Source: an uncultured Hyphomicrobiales bacterium
GTDB taxonomy: Bacteria > Bacteroidota > Ignavibacteria > Kapaibacteriales > UBA2268
Direction of reading: 5' to 3'
DNA: 64,000 nt
Assembly (NCBI GenBank): GCA_964413155.1
Contig: CAYPRT010000002.1
Location: 170,701-234,700 of the forward strand
Part shown: one piece after another, positions 19,875-28,912 of the stretch
Numbering within the stretch: the first letter of the stretch is position 1
Layout of the letters: each line of letters starts with the position of its first letter
Program-made: the position numbers and the translations under genes
The notes under the pieces: model-generated
The model's database searches: none
What the model was told of the DNA's origin: nothing
Seen by the model: only the letters and a program-made list of their open reading frames with translations

Positions 19875-20794
19875 AAATTTACCTCACCCGCACGCAATTT
19901 AGCACTTCGCGAGCGTGGATTCATCTTCTTTTCATTTTCATCAGGAACTATTGGTTTTTTTGTCAGAATTTTTATTTTTGGCACACTACTTGCTTCCTTG
20001 TCATTTTTCGAATATTTGCGGAAAAAATTTTTAACGATGCGATCTTCGAGCGAATGGTATGAAATAACAACAATACGTCCCCCATTTTCCATACAAGCCA
20101 ATGAAGAATGGAGAGCGTTAAACAATACATTTAACTCATCATTTATCGAAATTCTGATTGCCTGGAAAACACGCGAAAGTGAACTTTTTAGATATTTTGG
20201 TGGAACTACACTTTCAACAATCCGAGCAAGTTCAATGGTAGTTCGAATTGGAGAAATTTTCCGTTGTTTTACGATTCGATTAGCAATCTTATTGGCAAAA
20301 GGCTCTTCCCCGAATTCTCGAAGAAGAGCCGCCAAATCTTCCTCGTTAGCTGCATTGACTAGGTCTTCTGCTGTTCTTCCGTACGGCGAAAATCTCATAT
20401 CCAACGGACCAGCCGTACGATATGAAAAGCCACGGCGGCTCTCTTCGAGCTGCCGCGACGATACCCCCAAATCCAGCAGAAAACCTGTCCACAACCCCCG
20501 ATGTCTCGTTATGCTGCATGCTTTGCTAAAACACTCGTTAAAAAGCTCAATTCTTGAATGCTCCCCCTTTTCGAACTCTACTTTAAATTTTTTCCGACAA
20601 TACTCAATAGCCTCCGTATCCTTGTCGAACCCAAATATCTTCCCCTTTTCACCAAGTCTCAATAGAATAGCCTCGCTATGACCTCCTCCACCAATGGTAC
20701 CATCAACATAAATCCCATTTGGATTAGTAAGTATTAAATCAACAACAACTTGTGAAAGAACGGGCGTATGATAAAATTCCAAAATGTCGTTCAT
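19871..20794 (-). CDS. rsmH: 16S rRNA m4C1402 methyltransferase
   Basis: 'HTPVL', 'DGTIGGGGHS', 'DLGVSSRQL', 'PLDMR', 'ISYHSLEDRIVK', 'NPRSRSAKLR'. Confidence 0.98.
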   Translation of the reverse strand: MNDILEFYHTPVLSQVVVDLILTNPNGIYVDGTIGGGGHSEAILLRLGEKGKIFGFDKDTEAIEYCRKKFKVEFEKGEHSRIELFNECFSKACSITRHRGLWTGFLLDLGVSSRQLEESRRGFSYRTAGPLDMRFSPYGRTAEDLVNAANEEDLAALLREFGEEPFANKIANRIVKQRKISPIRTTIELARIVESVVPPKYLKSSLSRVFQAIRISINDELNVLFNALHSSLACMENGGRIVVISYHSLEDRIVKNFFRKYSKNDKEASSVPKIKILTKKPIVPDENEKKMNPRSRSAKLRAGEVNF

Positions 20795-20803
20795 ACGCTT
20801 AAA

Positions 20804-21307
20804 TCAAATCTCACCTGTCACTTGCCTGATTCCGTAACTACTGGAATAAATCTCGCCCATTACTTTTGCATAGATCTTTTGATATTCCTGTTGCTCAAAA
20901 GCATAAACCCTTGCGAATTCATCGGGATTCCAAAATTCTATATGATCTAACTTCCCTACGACAAGAACCTTGGACTCTATACCAGCATATTGAATCAGCA
21001 CCTTCGGCAGCAGAATCCTATTCTGGGCATCAAGTGTTACCTCTTTTGAATACATTGAAAGAATTGTAATTATTCTATCGTGTTCAGGATCGAATGGATT
21101 CAACTTTCGTAAAGTATTTTGGAACTTTTCCCACTGGTCAATTGGATATGCAGCAATACATCTGTAATAGCCACTTGTAAGGTTGAAAGTGTCTCGTGCA
21201 GCGGGACTTATTGCACGCCTCATATACTGCGGCAAAACTATACGGCCCTTGTTGTCGAGCAGATACTCTTCACTACCCTTAAAAATGCTTTCTCCACTTT
21301 CTCCCAC
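20804..21307 (-). CDS. mraZ: Division/cell wall cluster transcriptional repressor MraZ (start GTG 21307 or ATT 21286)
   Basis: Two SpoVT/AbrB repeats, 'FKGSEEYLLDNKGRIVLP' and 'LDAQNRILLP'; directly upstream of rsmH. Confidence 0.95.
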   Translation of the reverse strand: MGESGESIFKGSEEYLLDNKGRIVLPQYMRRAISPAARDTFNLTSGYYRCIAAYPIDQWEKFQNTLRKLNPFDPEHDRIITILSMYSKEVTLDAQNRILLPKVLIQYAGIESKVLVVGKLDHIEFWNPDEFARVYAFEQQEYQKIYAKVMGEIYSSSYGIRQVTGEI

Positions 21308-21349
21308 TTTGCAAATCCTTTTTGGGAAATTTTACCACTTTCAACCACT
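21294..21349 (-). promoter_or_regulatory. MraZ-binding (dcw) boxes, four AGTGG repeats
   Basis: CCACT on the + strand at 21294, 21304, 21335 and 21345 (spacings 10, 31, 10). Confidence 0.75.
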
Positions 21350-21697
21350 GCGAAACTATAAAAGAAAATTTTAATTTCCAAACAAGATTTAAAATTTTTT
21401 TGAATAATTTTCAATTTTGTAAAAAATAATTAAAAATGAAGGACTTAAATCTTTTTTCTGAACAAAAAAATAAATCGAACAAAAATTATGAATGGCAAAA
21501 GTTGAACGAGGTTTAAGATATTTTAGGAAAGAGTTAAAGCAGGGTATGCTTAGCAAACATTTCAACTCTTTTGTAAAGTATCCAATTTTGATTTGGTAAT
21601 AACAAAATTGTTACTAAATTCCTTGGTAAGTAATAAACTTTGGTAGTTTCAATAATTATAATGAATTTCGTCTTTAAATGGTTAATTTTGTTCTCAA

Positions 21698-23560
21698 ATG
21701 GATAATCAATTCGACATAATAGTAATAGGTGGAGGACACGCAGGTATCGAAGCATCATACGTTTCAAGTCGTATGGGTTGCAAAGTTGCCCTTGTTACAA
21801 TGAACAAATACACTATGGGCAGACCTTCTTGTAATCCATCAATTGGTGGAACAGCAAAAGGACATTTGGTCAAAGAAATAGATGCACTTGGCGGGGCTAT
21901 GGCAATTCTCGCCGATAAAGCTGGCATACATTTTAAAATGTTGAATCGCTCTAAAGGTTATGCAGTTTGGTCTCCAAGATGTCAAATTGATAAAGATCTC
22001 TATCCAATCTATGTTTACCAACTTTTATCGAAACAAAAAAATTTAACCATCATCGAAGCAACAGTCAAGCAAATTCTTATTAAAAACAACAAGATTTATG
22101 GAATAGAAACTTTAGAAAATCATAAGATATACGCACCAATTGTAATACTTTGCGCCGGAACTTTCTTAAATGGAGTAATGTGGACAGGATTGAAGGCAAC
22201 TCCAGGAGGGAGATATAACGAACCCGCATCAAAATATCTTTCAGATTTGTTGAACGAATATGGATTTGAAGTCGGAAGACTTAAAACAGGAACCCCTCCT
22301 CGAGTTTGGCGTCATTCTATTGATTTCAGCAAAACAGAGATTTCGCCTGGGGACGAACCACCCCAGCCTTTCCATCGAAATACACGCATTGTCAAAAATC
22401 GAATCGTTTGTTATGCAACTGCTACAAACGAAATTACGCACGAGGTCTTGAGAACAGGCTTCGACCAATCGCCTATGTTCACTGGAAGAATTAAAGGCAC
22501 CGGACCACGCTATTGCCCATCGATTGAGGATAAAGTTAATCGCTTTGCCGACAAAAACTCGCACAAGATACTTTTAGAACCAGAAGGTCTTTTTACCGAT
22601 TCCATCTACGTTAATGGCTTTTCAACTAGTCTTCCCGTTGATGTACAAATAAAAGGCTTACACACAATTCCAGGTTTGGAGAAAGCCGAATTGATTCGAC
22701 CAGGGTATGCTATCGAATATGATTTCTATTATCCATATCAATTAAATCTTTCGTTAGAAACAAAACTTGTTGAAGGACTTTTCTTTGCAGGACAAATTAA
22801 TGGGACTTCTGGATACGAAGAAGCAGCAGCTCAAGGTATTATGGCTGGTATCAATGCAGTATTAAAACTCCGTGGCGAGCCACCTTTTATCCTTAAACGA
22901 AGTGAAGCATACATTGGAGTTCTAATTGACGACCTCGTTAACAAAGCCCCCGAAGAACCCTATCGCATTTTCACATCACTGGCTGAATACCGCTTGCTTT
23001 TACGTCAGGACAATGCAGACGAACGACTAATGGAATACGGCTACAAATTCGGATTGATTTCCCCCGAAGAATTCGAAAAACACCAAAAGAAAATGGAACT
23101 TTTAAACAAAGCATACCAAGAATCCAAATTATATAAAGTAAAACCTGACGATATTAATCCTTATCTTCAAAATGTCGGAGAAACTCTTCTCGATGAAGTT
23201 ACAAATCTCCACTATATTGCCAAAAGAAGTAATATAAATTTAAACGATGTTCTTAATTACATCAATTCAACTCCAGATGTGTTTGTCGAACTCAAAAAAA
23301 ATCCCGAGCTTATAGAACGATTGCAAATTGAGATTCGATACGAAGGATACCTTCAAAGACAAAGGAAAGAAATTGAATTATTTATACAAAACGAAAACAA
23401 AAAGATTCCTGAAAATTTTGACTACTGGAAAATAAACTCGCTTTCGAAAGAGGCGCGCGAAAAGCTATCGAAAATTCGACCTCAATCGCTTGGTCAAGCG
23501 TCAAGAATTCCGGGTGTTTCTGCATCAGATATTGCAATCTTAGCTCTATTTTTGCGATAA
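21698..23560 (+). CDS. mnmG: tRNA uridine-5-carboxymethylaminomethyl modification enzyme MnmG/GidA
   Basis: 'GGGHAGIEA', 'SCNPSIGGTAKG', 'RLKTGTPPR', 'GPRYCPSIEDK', 'GQINGTSGYEEAAAQG'. Confidence 0.98.
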   Translation: MDNQFDIIVIGGGHAGIEASYVSSRMGCKVALVTMNKYTMGRPSCNPSIGGTAKGHLVKEIDALGGAMAILADKAGIHFKMLNRSKGYAVWSPRCQIDKDLYPIYVYQLLSKQKNLTIIEATVKQILIKNNKIYGIETLENHKIYAPIVILCAGTFLNGVMWTGLKATPGGRYNEPASKYLSDLLNEYGFEVGRLKTGTPPRVWRHSIDFSKTEISPGDEPPQPFHRNTRIVKNRIVCYATATNEITHEVLRTGFDQSPMFTGRIKGTGPRYCPSIEDKVNRFADKNSHKILLEPEGLFTDSIYVNGFSTSLPVDVQIKGLHTIPGLEKAELIRPGYAIEYDFYYPYQLNLSLETKLVEGLFFAGQINGTSGYEEAAAQGIMAGINAVLKLRGEPPFILKRSEAYIGVLIDDLVNKAPEEPYRIFTSLAEYRLLLRQDNADERLMEYGYKFGLISPEEFEKHQKKMELLNKAYQESKLYKVKPDDINPYLQNVGETLLDEVTNLHYIAKRSNINLNDVLNYINSTPDVFVELKKNPELIERLQIEIRYEGYLQRQRKEIELFIQNENKKIPENFDYWKINSLSKEAREKLSKIRPQSLGQASRIPGVSASDIAILALFLR

Positions 23561-23571
23561 TTTTTACGATT

Positions 23572-24522
23572 ATGAAACAAAAGAAAATTTTTATTGTGGG
23601 TGGAAGTGGTACAATCGGCGAAGCAATCCTCAAAATGCTATCATTTGAAACAGATTATGAAATTGTTGCAACTTGCTCCAATGGTGAAAGTTTGTATACC
23701 GGTGGAAATGTTAAAATCTATGATTTAAAGTCTAATCAATTTAAAGAGCTTCGTAAAACAATCCTCGAGGAAAAGCCGAATGTAATTGTTAACGCCGCTG
23801 GAATTTCTGATCCTATTTTGGCAGAAAACAATAAAAAACTTGCTTGGGAAATAAATGTTCAATTAGTCGAACATTTAGTTTCTCTTTCTAAAATTTTGCA
23901 ATCTCATTTTGTCACATTTTCGTGTGAATGGATTTTCGACGGGAAAAATGGTCCATTTTTAGAAACCGACCGCCCAAACCCCATCAATTACTTAGGAAAG
24001 TCGAAACTTGCTGCTGAAAATCTTGTTCAAACTACTCTTTCAACTTTCACAATTATTCGTCTTCCATTGATTTATGGTCTTTATGGGAAAGAGGATTTCG
24101 TTAAACGAATACTATTTCCCAATCAAAAAGATGGTATTACCTTTCCCTTTCAGTATTCCACAAATCCTGTCCTTGCCGACGATGTCGCTTTTGGAATTAT
24201 GAAGGTAATTGAAATTGAACTTTTCGGGATTTATCATTTCGGCGGAGCTGATATATATTCAATACACAATTTCATTTCTACTATCCAAGAAAAGATAAAG
24301 CCAGAATTGTTAAATCCTAAACAAAAAAATAACTTGGAAAAAAGGATAAGTTTTCAAACAAATAATAAAAAGAGATTTGGTTTACAACCAGCACTAGCCG
24401 AAGCAGTTCTGTCTATTAAATTCTCTTCCGTTGAGTCTGGAATCAACACCTACCTTGCTCAATTAATAAAAAATAATTCCGAACTTTCCGATGGCTTCGA
24501 AATGTTAAAAAGACATATTTGA
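23572..24522 (+). CDS. RmlD-like extended SDR (dTDP-4-dehydrorhamnose reductase family) with non-canonical catalytic residues
   Basis: 'GGSGTIG', 'VNAAG', 'IFDGKNGPFLETDRPNPIN', 'IIRLPLIYG'. Confidence 0.8.
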   Translation: MKQKKIFIVGGSGTIGEAILKMLSFETDYEIVATCSNGESLYTGGNVKIYDLKSNQFKELRKTILEEKPNVIVNAAGISDPILAENNKKLAWEINVQLVEHLVSLSKILQSHFVTFSCEWIFDGKNGPFLETDRPNPINYLGKSKLAAENLVQTTLSTFTIIRLPLIYGLYGKEDFVKRILFPNQKDGITFPFQYSTNPVLADDVAFGIMKVIEIELFGIYHFGGADIYSIHNFISTIQEKIKPELLNPKQKNNLEKRISFQTNNKKRFGLQPALAEAVLSIKFSSVESGINTYLAQLIKNNSELSDGFEMLKRHI

Positions 24523-24611
24523 TGTTGAAAATTATTAATCTTAAATAACCTGCTTTTGGAGTTTACGTAGTAATTTTTTCAACTTAATATTGGGCAAAAG
24601 GTTCTAATAAA

Positions 24612-25133
24612 TTATAATCTTATTTGCTTTATTTCATCTTTTAATCTATTAATATCATTAATCCAAGATTCAATATCTTCTTCGTGTTCAATTTACTCGT
24701 TCAAAATTGTTGTAGCAAGTTGGTAAGTTGCAAAATCTTTCCCATTGGTCAAAGATGCAATTTCTTTATACCGTTGAACTGCGCATCTTTCAGCTTCCAG
24801 ATTTTGCTGCAAAACAACTTCAATATAAGGATCAACTGGTGTTTCATATTTACATCGAGCCAGTTTAAACCAGTCTTCCGGAGTTAGTATTGGTGTTCCA
24901 CCCAATTGAATAATTCAGTCAACTACTAACACTGGGTGGTTAAGTTCCTGCGACGCATATAAGAGCAATTCAGGTCCGAGTTCACCTTGCATTTGTCCAG
25001 CCATAAGGCGAGCACCAATCCAATATTGATAGAACGCAAGGCATTCTTCGGCAAGAGCGGAATTTAATTGGCTAATCAATTCATCAAGATTAATACCAAT
25101 AATTTCTATAGATTTTCTTCCTATTTTATCCAA
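24612..25133 (-). pseudogene. DPS-like (DPSL)/bacterioferritin-related ferritin, with two in-frame nonsense codons
   Basis: One frame reads 'LNSALAEECLAFYQYWIGA...VVD*IIQLGGTP...WFKLARCKY...AERCAVQRYKEIA...NE*IEHEEDIE'. TGA at 24915-24917 and TAA at 24693-24695; natural stop at 24612. Confidence 0.9.
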
Positions 25134-25160
25134 AATTTTTATTACAAAATTGCAAAATAC

Positions 25161-25194
25161 AAAAAAAAGGAACCAGGTTCCGAAGAACCTGGTT
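25161..25194 (-). terminator. Intrinsic terminator downstream of the HMA-like gene
   Basis: Minus strand AACCAGGTTC-TTCG-GAACCTGGTT (10-bp stem) followed by CC and T8. Confidence 0.9.
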
Positions 25195-25234
25195 GGGGGT
25201 TGCTCTGTTTTGCTAAATAATGGCTGTGGGGAAA

Positions 25235-25591
25235 TTATTTTTTTGTGTTATCTTGCGAAGTTGATGTCTTCGACTTTTCATCATTTAGTGATGCTTTGCG
25301 CTCAATAGTTGCAGGATAACCAAGTGTTTGAATAGCAAAGAGGATCATATCTTCCTGAATTTGTGTTGAATCAAACTTAACTTCCAATCGCTTACTATTC
25401 AAATCCATTTCCGCTTCGGAAACTCCTTTAAGCATATTTACAATTGTTTCGATTTTCACTTTTGCCTCTTTGCTCTTAGTATCAACTTTAAAAGAAACAG
25501 TAGACAAATTACCTTGCGAAAAAGTTACACCTATTGCGAAAAAAATTGATAAAACCGATAAAACTATTGTTCTTGCTAAACGCTTTTTCAT
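25235..25591 (-). CDS. Secreted heavy-metal-associated (HMA-fold) protein lacking CxxC
   Basis: Signal peptide; 'TVSFKV...KVKIE...LKGVSEAEMDLNSKRLEVKFDS...ILFAIQTLGY' follows the HMA pattern; the ORF contains no Cys. Confidence 0.7.
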   Translation of the reverse strand: MKKRLARTIVLSVLSIFFAIGVTFSQGNLSTVSFKVDTKSKEAKVKIETIVNMLKGVSEAEMDLNSKRLEVKFDSTQIQEDMILFAIQTLGYPATIERKASLNDEKSKTSTSQDNTKK

Positions 25592-25624
25592 TTTTTACCT
25601 CAAATAATTAAACCAATATGCAAC

Positions 25625-25650
25625 TACGAAACCTTCATAAAAAAGTTTCA
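25625..25650 (-). promoter_or_regulatory. ECF sigma-type promoter TGAAAC-N16-CGTA
   Basis: Minus strand TGAAAC ttttttatgaaggttt CGTA matches the B. subtilis sigma-W consensus; it lies 33 nt upstream of the ATG. Confidence 0.7.
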
Positions 25651-25696
25651 AAGGTTTGAAATCCTTAGATAAAGGGAATAATAAAAGAATATTACT

Positions 25697-26818
25697 TTAT
25701 TTGGAAGGGAAAAAAAGCTTGTAAAGATTATGACCAAATTTTTCGAAATTTTCAAAATATCCTGTAAACCATTGAAATAGAGAAACGCCAAGGGCTTCGC
25801 TTTGGGAAATATCATCGTAAGACATAATTCCACCAGTTCTAATGATATGAAATTCCTGGGACAATTCCTTTTTTTTTAAATATTTTGCACATTCCCCAGT
25901 TAGCTCAAATGACTTTTCTTTCAAGGGTTTACCACTTATCCCACCACCAAAGTTTAAAACAAAAAATTCAAACGACTTTCTTTCAGATTGATCAAGAAAA
26001 GAAAATACTTGTGAATAATCAGTAGAAGTATTTCCAAAATTGAGACCATCGTAACCAAGGTCAATTAAAGTATCAATCAATTCAGGCACATATTTTCTCG
26101 AAAAGTCATTGGACAACTTAATTACCACAGGCAGGTTTCTTTTTCTATAGCGAAGGAAATTTTGAGAAATGTATTCAATCCTTTCAACAAATTTACTATC
26201 AAGTTCTTTTAAATTTGTTCCCTTATTTAGTACATTAGGACAGCTTTCATTAATTTCAACAAAATCGACATTAGAATCTTGAATGAGGAACAAAGATTGA
26301 CACAATCTTTCCAAGGAGTCAAAAGAATCCGAATCAGAGGAAATGCTTAAACCGAGTGGAACACCCGGCTTTTTACTAACAGAATTAAGATAGTCCAAAA
26401 CAATTTTAAGTCCAGGGTTCGGAAGCCCCATCCAATTTGAACTTGAAGAAGAACGAGGATAAGGAATAAAAGGATGTAAGATACCTTTTTTTTGATTACC
26501 TTTCTTTGGAAATGGGGTAACAGTTCCAGCAAGGAAAGCTCCAGCCCCTTGGAGATAAGCCAGCTCGTAACCTTTGCCATCCTTAAACATCCCAGCTGCA
26601 TTGAATAAAGGACTTTGAAAATGCAGTCCCCATATTTTTTTTGAAAATTCATGTGGAATCTGTTTCCGTTCAATTTTTTCCTTAACCAACTGCCCCAAAA
26701 AAAACTTCCTTCCATAGGAATAAACAAAGCAGGAGAAATATGGGAAACTCCCAACAAGAGCTTTCCTCAAGTTTTTTTCAAATCGAGAGATGATTTCGCA
26801 AAAAGTCATTTTATTCAA
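25697..26818 (-). CDS. pyrD: Dihydroorotate dehydrogenase, class 2-like
   Basis: 'NAAGMFKDG', 'GTVTPFPKKGN', 'NWMGLPNPG', 'VIKLSND', 'NTST', 'GGISGKPL', 'GGIMS'. Confidence 0.85.
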   Translation of the reverse strand: MNKMTFCEIISRFEKNLRKALVGSFPYFSCFVYSYGRKFFLGQLVKEKIERKQIPHEFSKKIWGLHFQSPLFNAAGMFKDGKGYELAYLQGAGAFLAGTVTPFPKKGNQKKGILHPFIPYPRSSSSSNWMGLPNPGLKIVLDYLNSVSKKPGVPLGLSISSDSDSFDSLERLCQSLFLIQDSNVDFVEINESCPNVLNKGTNLKELDSKFVERIEYISQNFLRYRKRNLPVVIKLSNDFSRKYVPELIDTLIDLGYDGLNFGNTSTDYSQVFSFLDQSERKSFEFFVLNFGGGISGKPLKEKSFELTGECAKYLKKKELSQEFHIIRTGGIMSYDDISQSEALGVSLFQWFTGYFENFEKFGHNLYKLFFPSK

Positions 26819-27470
26819 CCTTATACATATAATTTGGAATTTTGATTTTCAATATTGTATAACCACCATCAAGGTCGCTCCATTGGTCGCCAATAGAACC
26901 AATAATTCGGTAACCTTTTTCAGTCAATTCTTTTCTTTTCAATGTCTTAAATTCTTTTGCAGTCAAATCTTGCTCGTTTGGACTTCTACAAATTAATGTA
27001 TCAAATTGTAAGTATCCCGCCTTTTTCAAATTGTTCAGAGTAGCTTGATATTGACTTTGATTCCTACCCGTAATGAAAATTACCTTAATCCTTCTTACTA
27101 ACAAAGTATCGTAAAAGGCTTTGATTTGTCGAATTGGAACAGCTTTCTCCGATTCTACCCATTTGTTCCATTCGCTTTTGATGTAACCAAAATCATAATT
27201 AATTTCATACTCAAAGTTTGAAAGAGCAGTTTCATCTACATCAAACACAAACGCAGAATTTTTAGAAATAGTTATTTCATCAAGCTGTCGAATCGCATCC
27301 GCTATTATTGAGTCAAGTTCCAAAGAATATCTGCCCGAAAGATAATACTCTTTGACTGCGTTTTTCGCCTCGCTTAAATTAACAATAAGGGGTGGATAGG
27401 AAAAAAGTTGATTAATAAACAAAATCAAAAAAACAATTAAAGGTACTTTGAAACTAACTGGATTTTTCAT
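26811..27470 (-). CDS. HAD superfamily class B/C acid phosphatase (subfamily IIIB)
   Basis: 'VFDVDETALSN', 'FITGR', 'IGDQWSDL'; signal peptide; GGAGG upstream of ATG 27470. Confidence 0.9.
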   Translation of the reverse strand: MKNPVSFKVPLIVFLILFINQLFSYPPLIVNLSEAKNAVKEYYLSGRYSLELDSIIADAIRQLDEITISKNSAFVFDVDETALSNFEYEINYDFGYIKSEWNKWVESEKAVPIRQIKAFYDTLLVRRIKVIFITGRNQSQYQATLNNLKKAGYLQFDTLICRSPNEQDLTAKEFKTLKRKELTEKGYRIIGSIGDQWSDLDGGYTILKIKIPNYMYKVE

Positions 27471-27628
27471 ATTTCCCTCCACATAATATTACTTTTTCAA
27501 CACCCAATATCATTTTTCTAATAATAATTAATTAGATAAGATTTAGAGAAAATCTCCATAAAAATTTCAGAACGACAAAATTACAAACAAGCTTAATATT
27601 GAAGTAAAACTTTTAGAAGTAAAAATGA

Positions 27629-28912
27629 TTATTTCAAAATTTCCCAGTAAATGGACTTTCGAAGCTCATTAATCCATTCAAGGTAAAGTCGATTTTGTTT
27701 GAAAGCAGTAAAAAATTGCTCCAGTTCTTTATAATCTGTTTGAGGAGAAGGTTTATGTGGCGGTATAATCCTTTTTTTATAAACAATGTGATAAGACTCG
27801 TTGGGATGGGTTTTATAAAGGACAGGAGCGGAAACCCCGCCAGTTGGAAGAGTATCAATAACTGAACGAATATTATCGGGTAAATCTTTTATTGGGAAAC
27901 GACCTAAGAAACCACCAGCACCGCGAGTTTCCAGCTCGTCGGAATATTTCTTTGCAAGTTCTTCGAAAGAAATGCCATTATAAAAAAGGTTTCGAACGGA
28001 ATCAAGGAAACGTTTCGTGTTTTCAATTTCAACCTCGGAAGGTGTAATTTTAAACAAAATATGACGAACTAATACAGAATCTTTTGTTTTACCAAGCAAT
28101 TGAATAATATGAAAACCGAGTGGTGTTTCAATTGGTGTGGATACTTCCTTATATTGCAAATTAAAAGCAGCTTTTTCAAATTCGGGAAAAAGATTTCCTC
28201 GTGCTATCCAACCTAATTCACCGCCAGAATTAACTGTTGAATTGTCATCACTATATACTTTAACGAAACGAACAAAGTCACCAGTTTGAATGATTGAGTC
28301 ACGAACTCTTTTTGCAAGCTCATATTTTTGCCGCCAAATATCTTCTGGTGCACTGATATTCTTAACAATATGATAAATTTCTATCTGTTCAGGAAGTGTA
28401 GGAAGCGAATCTTTATATTGTTCATAAAGCTCATTGACCTCTCGCTCTGTAACCTTAATATTTCCAAACTTCTTTTCTTTCATTTTTTCAATGAGCAAGA
28501 ATTTTCTGATTTCATCGCTGTATTCGGATTTCAAACGAGCGATAGACATGCCATATAGGTCTTCAATGCGTTTTTCCGAACCATATCGCTCCACCAATGC
28601 ATTTAATTGGAACTGCCAACGTTGGTCAACCTCTTCATCGGATACTGTAATGGAATCTTCTTTTGCCTTTATTAAGACAAGCTTTTCATTGATTAATTGG
28701 TCAAGGATAAAGTTCCATACCTTGGGGTCATTGGGGTCGATTGTAGGGTTTTGCTGAGCAAGCAAATATACTTGGCTTTGCACATCGGATTTCATAATCA
28801 TTTCGTCGCCAACAATTGCGACGATTTTGTCTATTATTTCGCCTTCAGTTTGACAAAATAAAGATTCAAATGAAAAAAATGCAAAAAGTAATCCCAAAAA
28901 TAGAATTCTCAT
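27629..28912 (-). CDS. surA: SurA-type chaperone/parvulin PPIase
   Basis: 'IIDKIVAIVGDEMIMKSD' N-domain; two rotamase domains ('GGELGW..RGNLFPEFE', 'FEELAKKYSDE..GGFLG'). Confidence 0.85.
   Translation of the reverse strand: MRILFLGLLFAFFSFESLFCQTEGEIIDKIVAIVGDEMIMKSDVQSQVYLLAQQNPTIDPNDPKVWNFILDQLINEKLVLIKAKEDSITVSDEEVDQRWQFQLNALVERYGSEKRIEDLYGMSIARLKSEYSDEIRKFLLIEKMKEKKFGNIKVTEREVNELYEQYKDSLPTLPEQIEIYHIVKNISAPEDIWRQKYELAKRVRDSIIQTGDFVRFVKVYSDDNSTVNSGGELGWIARGNLFPEFEKAAFNLQYKEVSTPIETPLGFHIIQLLGKTKDSVLVRHILFKITPSEVEIENTKRFLDSVRNLFYNGISFEELAKKYSDELETRGAGGFLGRFPIKDLPDNIRSVIDTLPTGGVSAPVLYKTHPNESYHIVYKKRIIPPHKPSPQTDYKELEQFFTAFKQNRLYLEWINELRKSIYWEILK

Noticed and set aside
19998-20681. Long antisense ORFs (also 28816-29334, 41047-41502, 26347-26757 and others)
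   Set aside because: They lie opposite or inside well-supported genes and have no recognisable motifs, so they are best read as shadow ORFs.
21360-21690. Possible small ORFs or sRNA in the mraZ-mnmG intergenic region (e.g. MAKVERGLRYFRKELKQG..., 35 aa)
   Set aside because: No RBS, motif or stable hairpin is visible, and the region is explicable as divergent AT-rich promoters.
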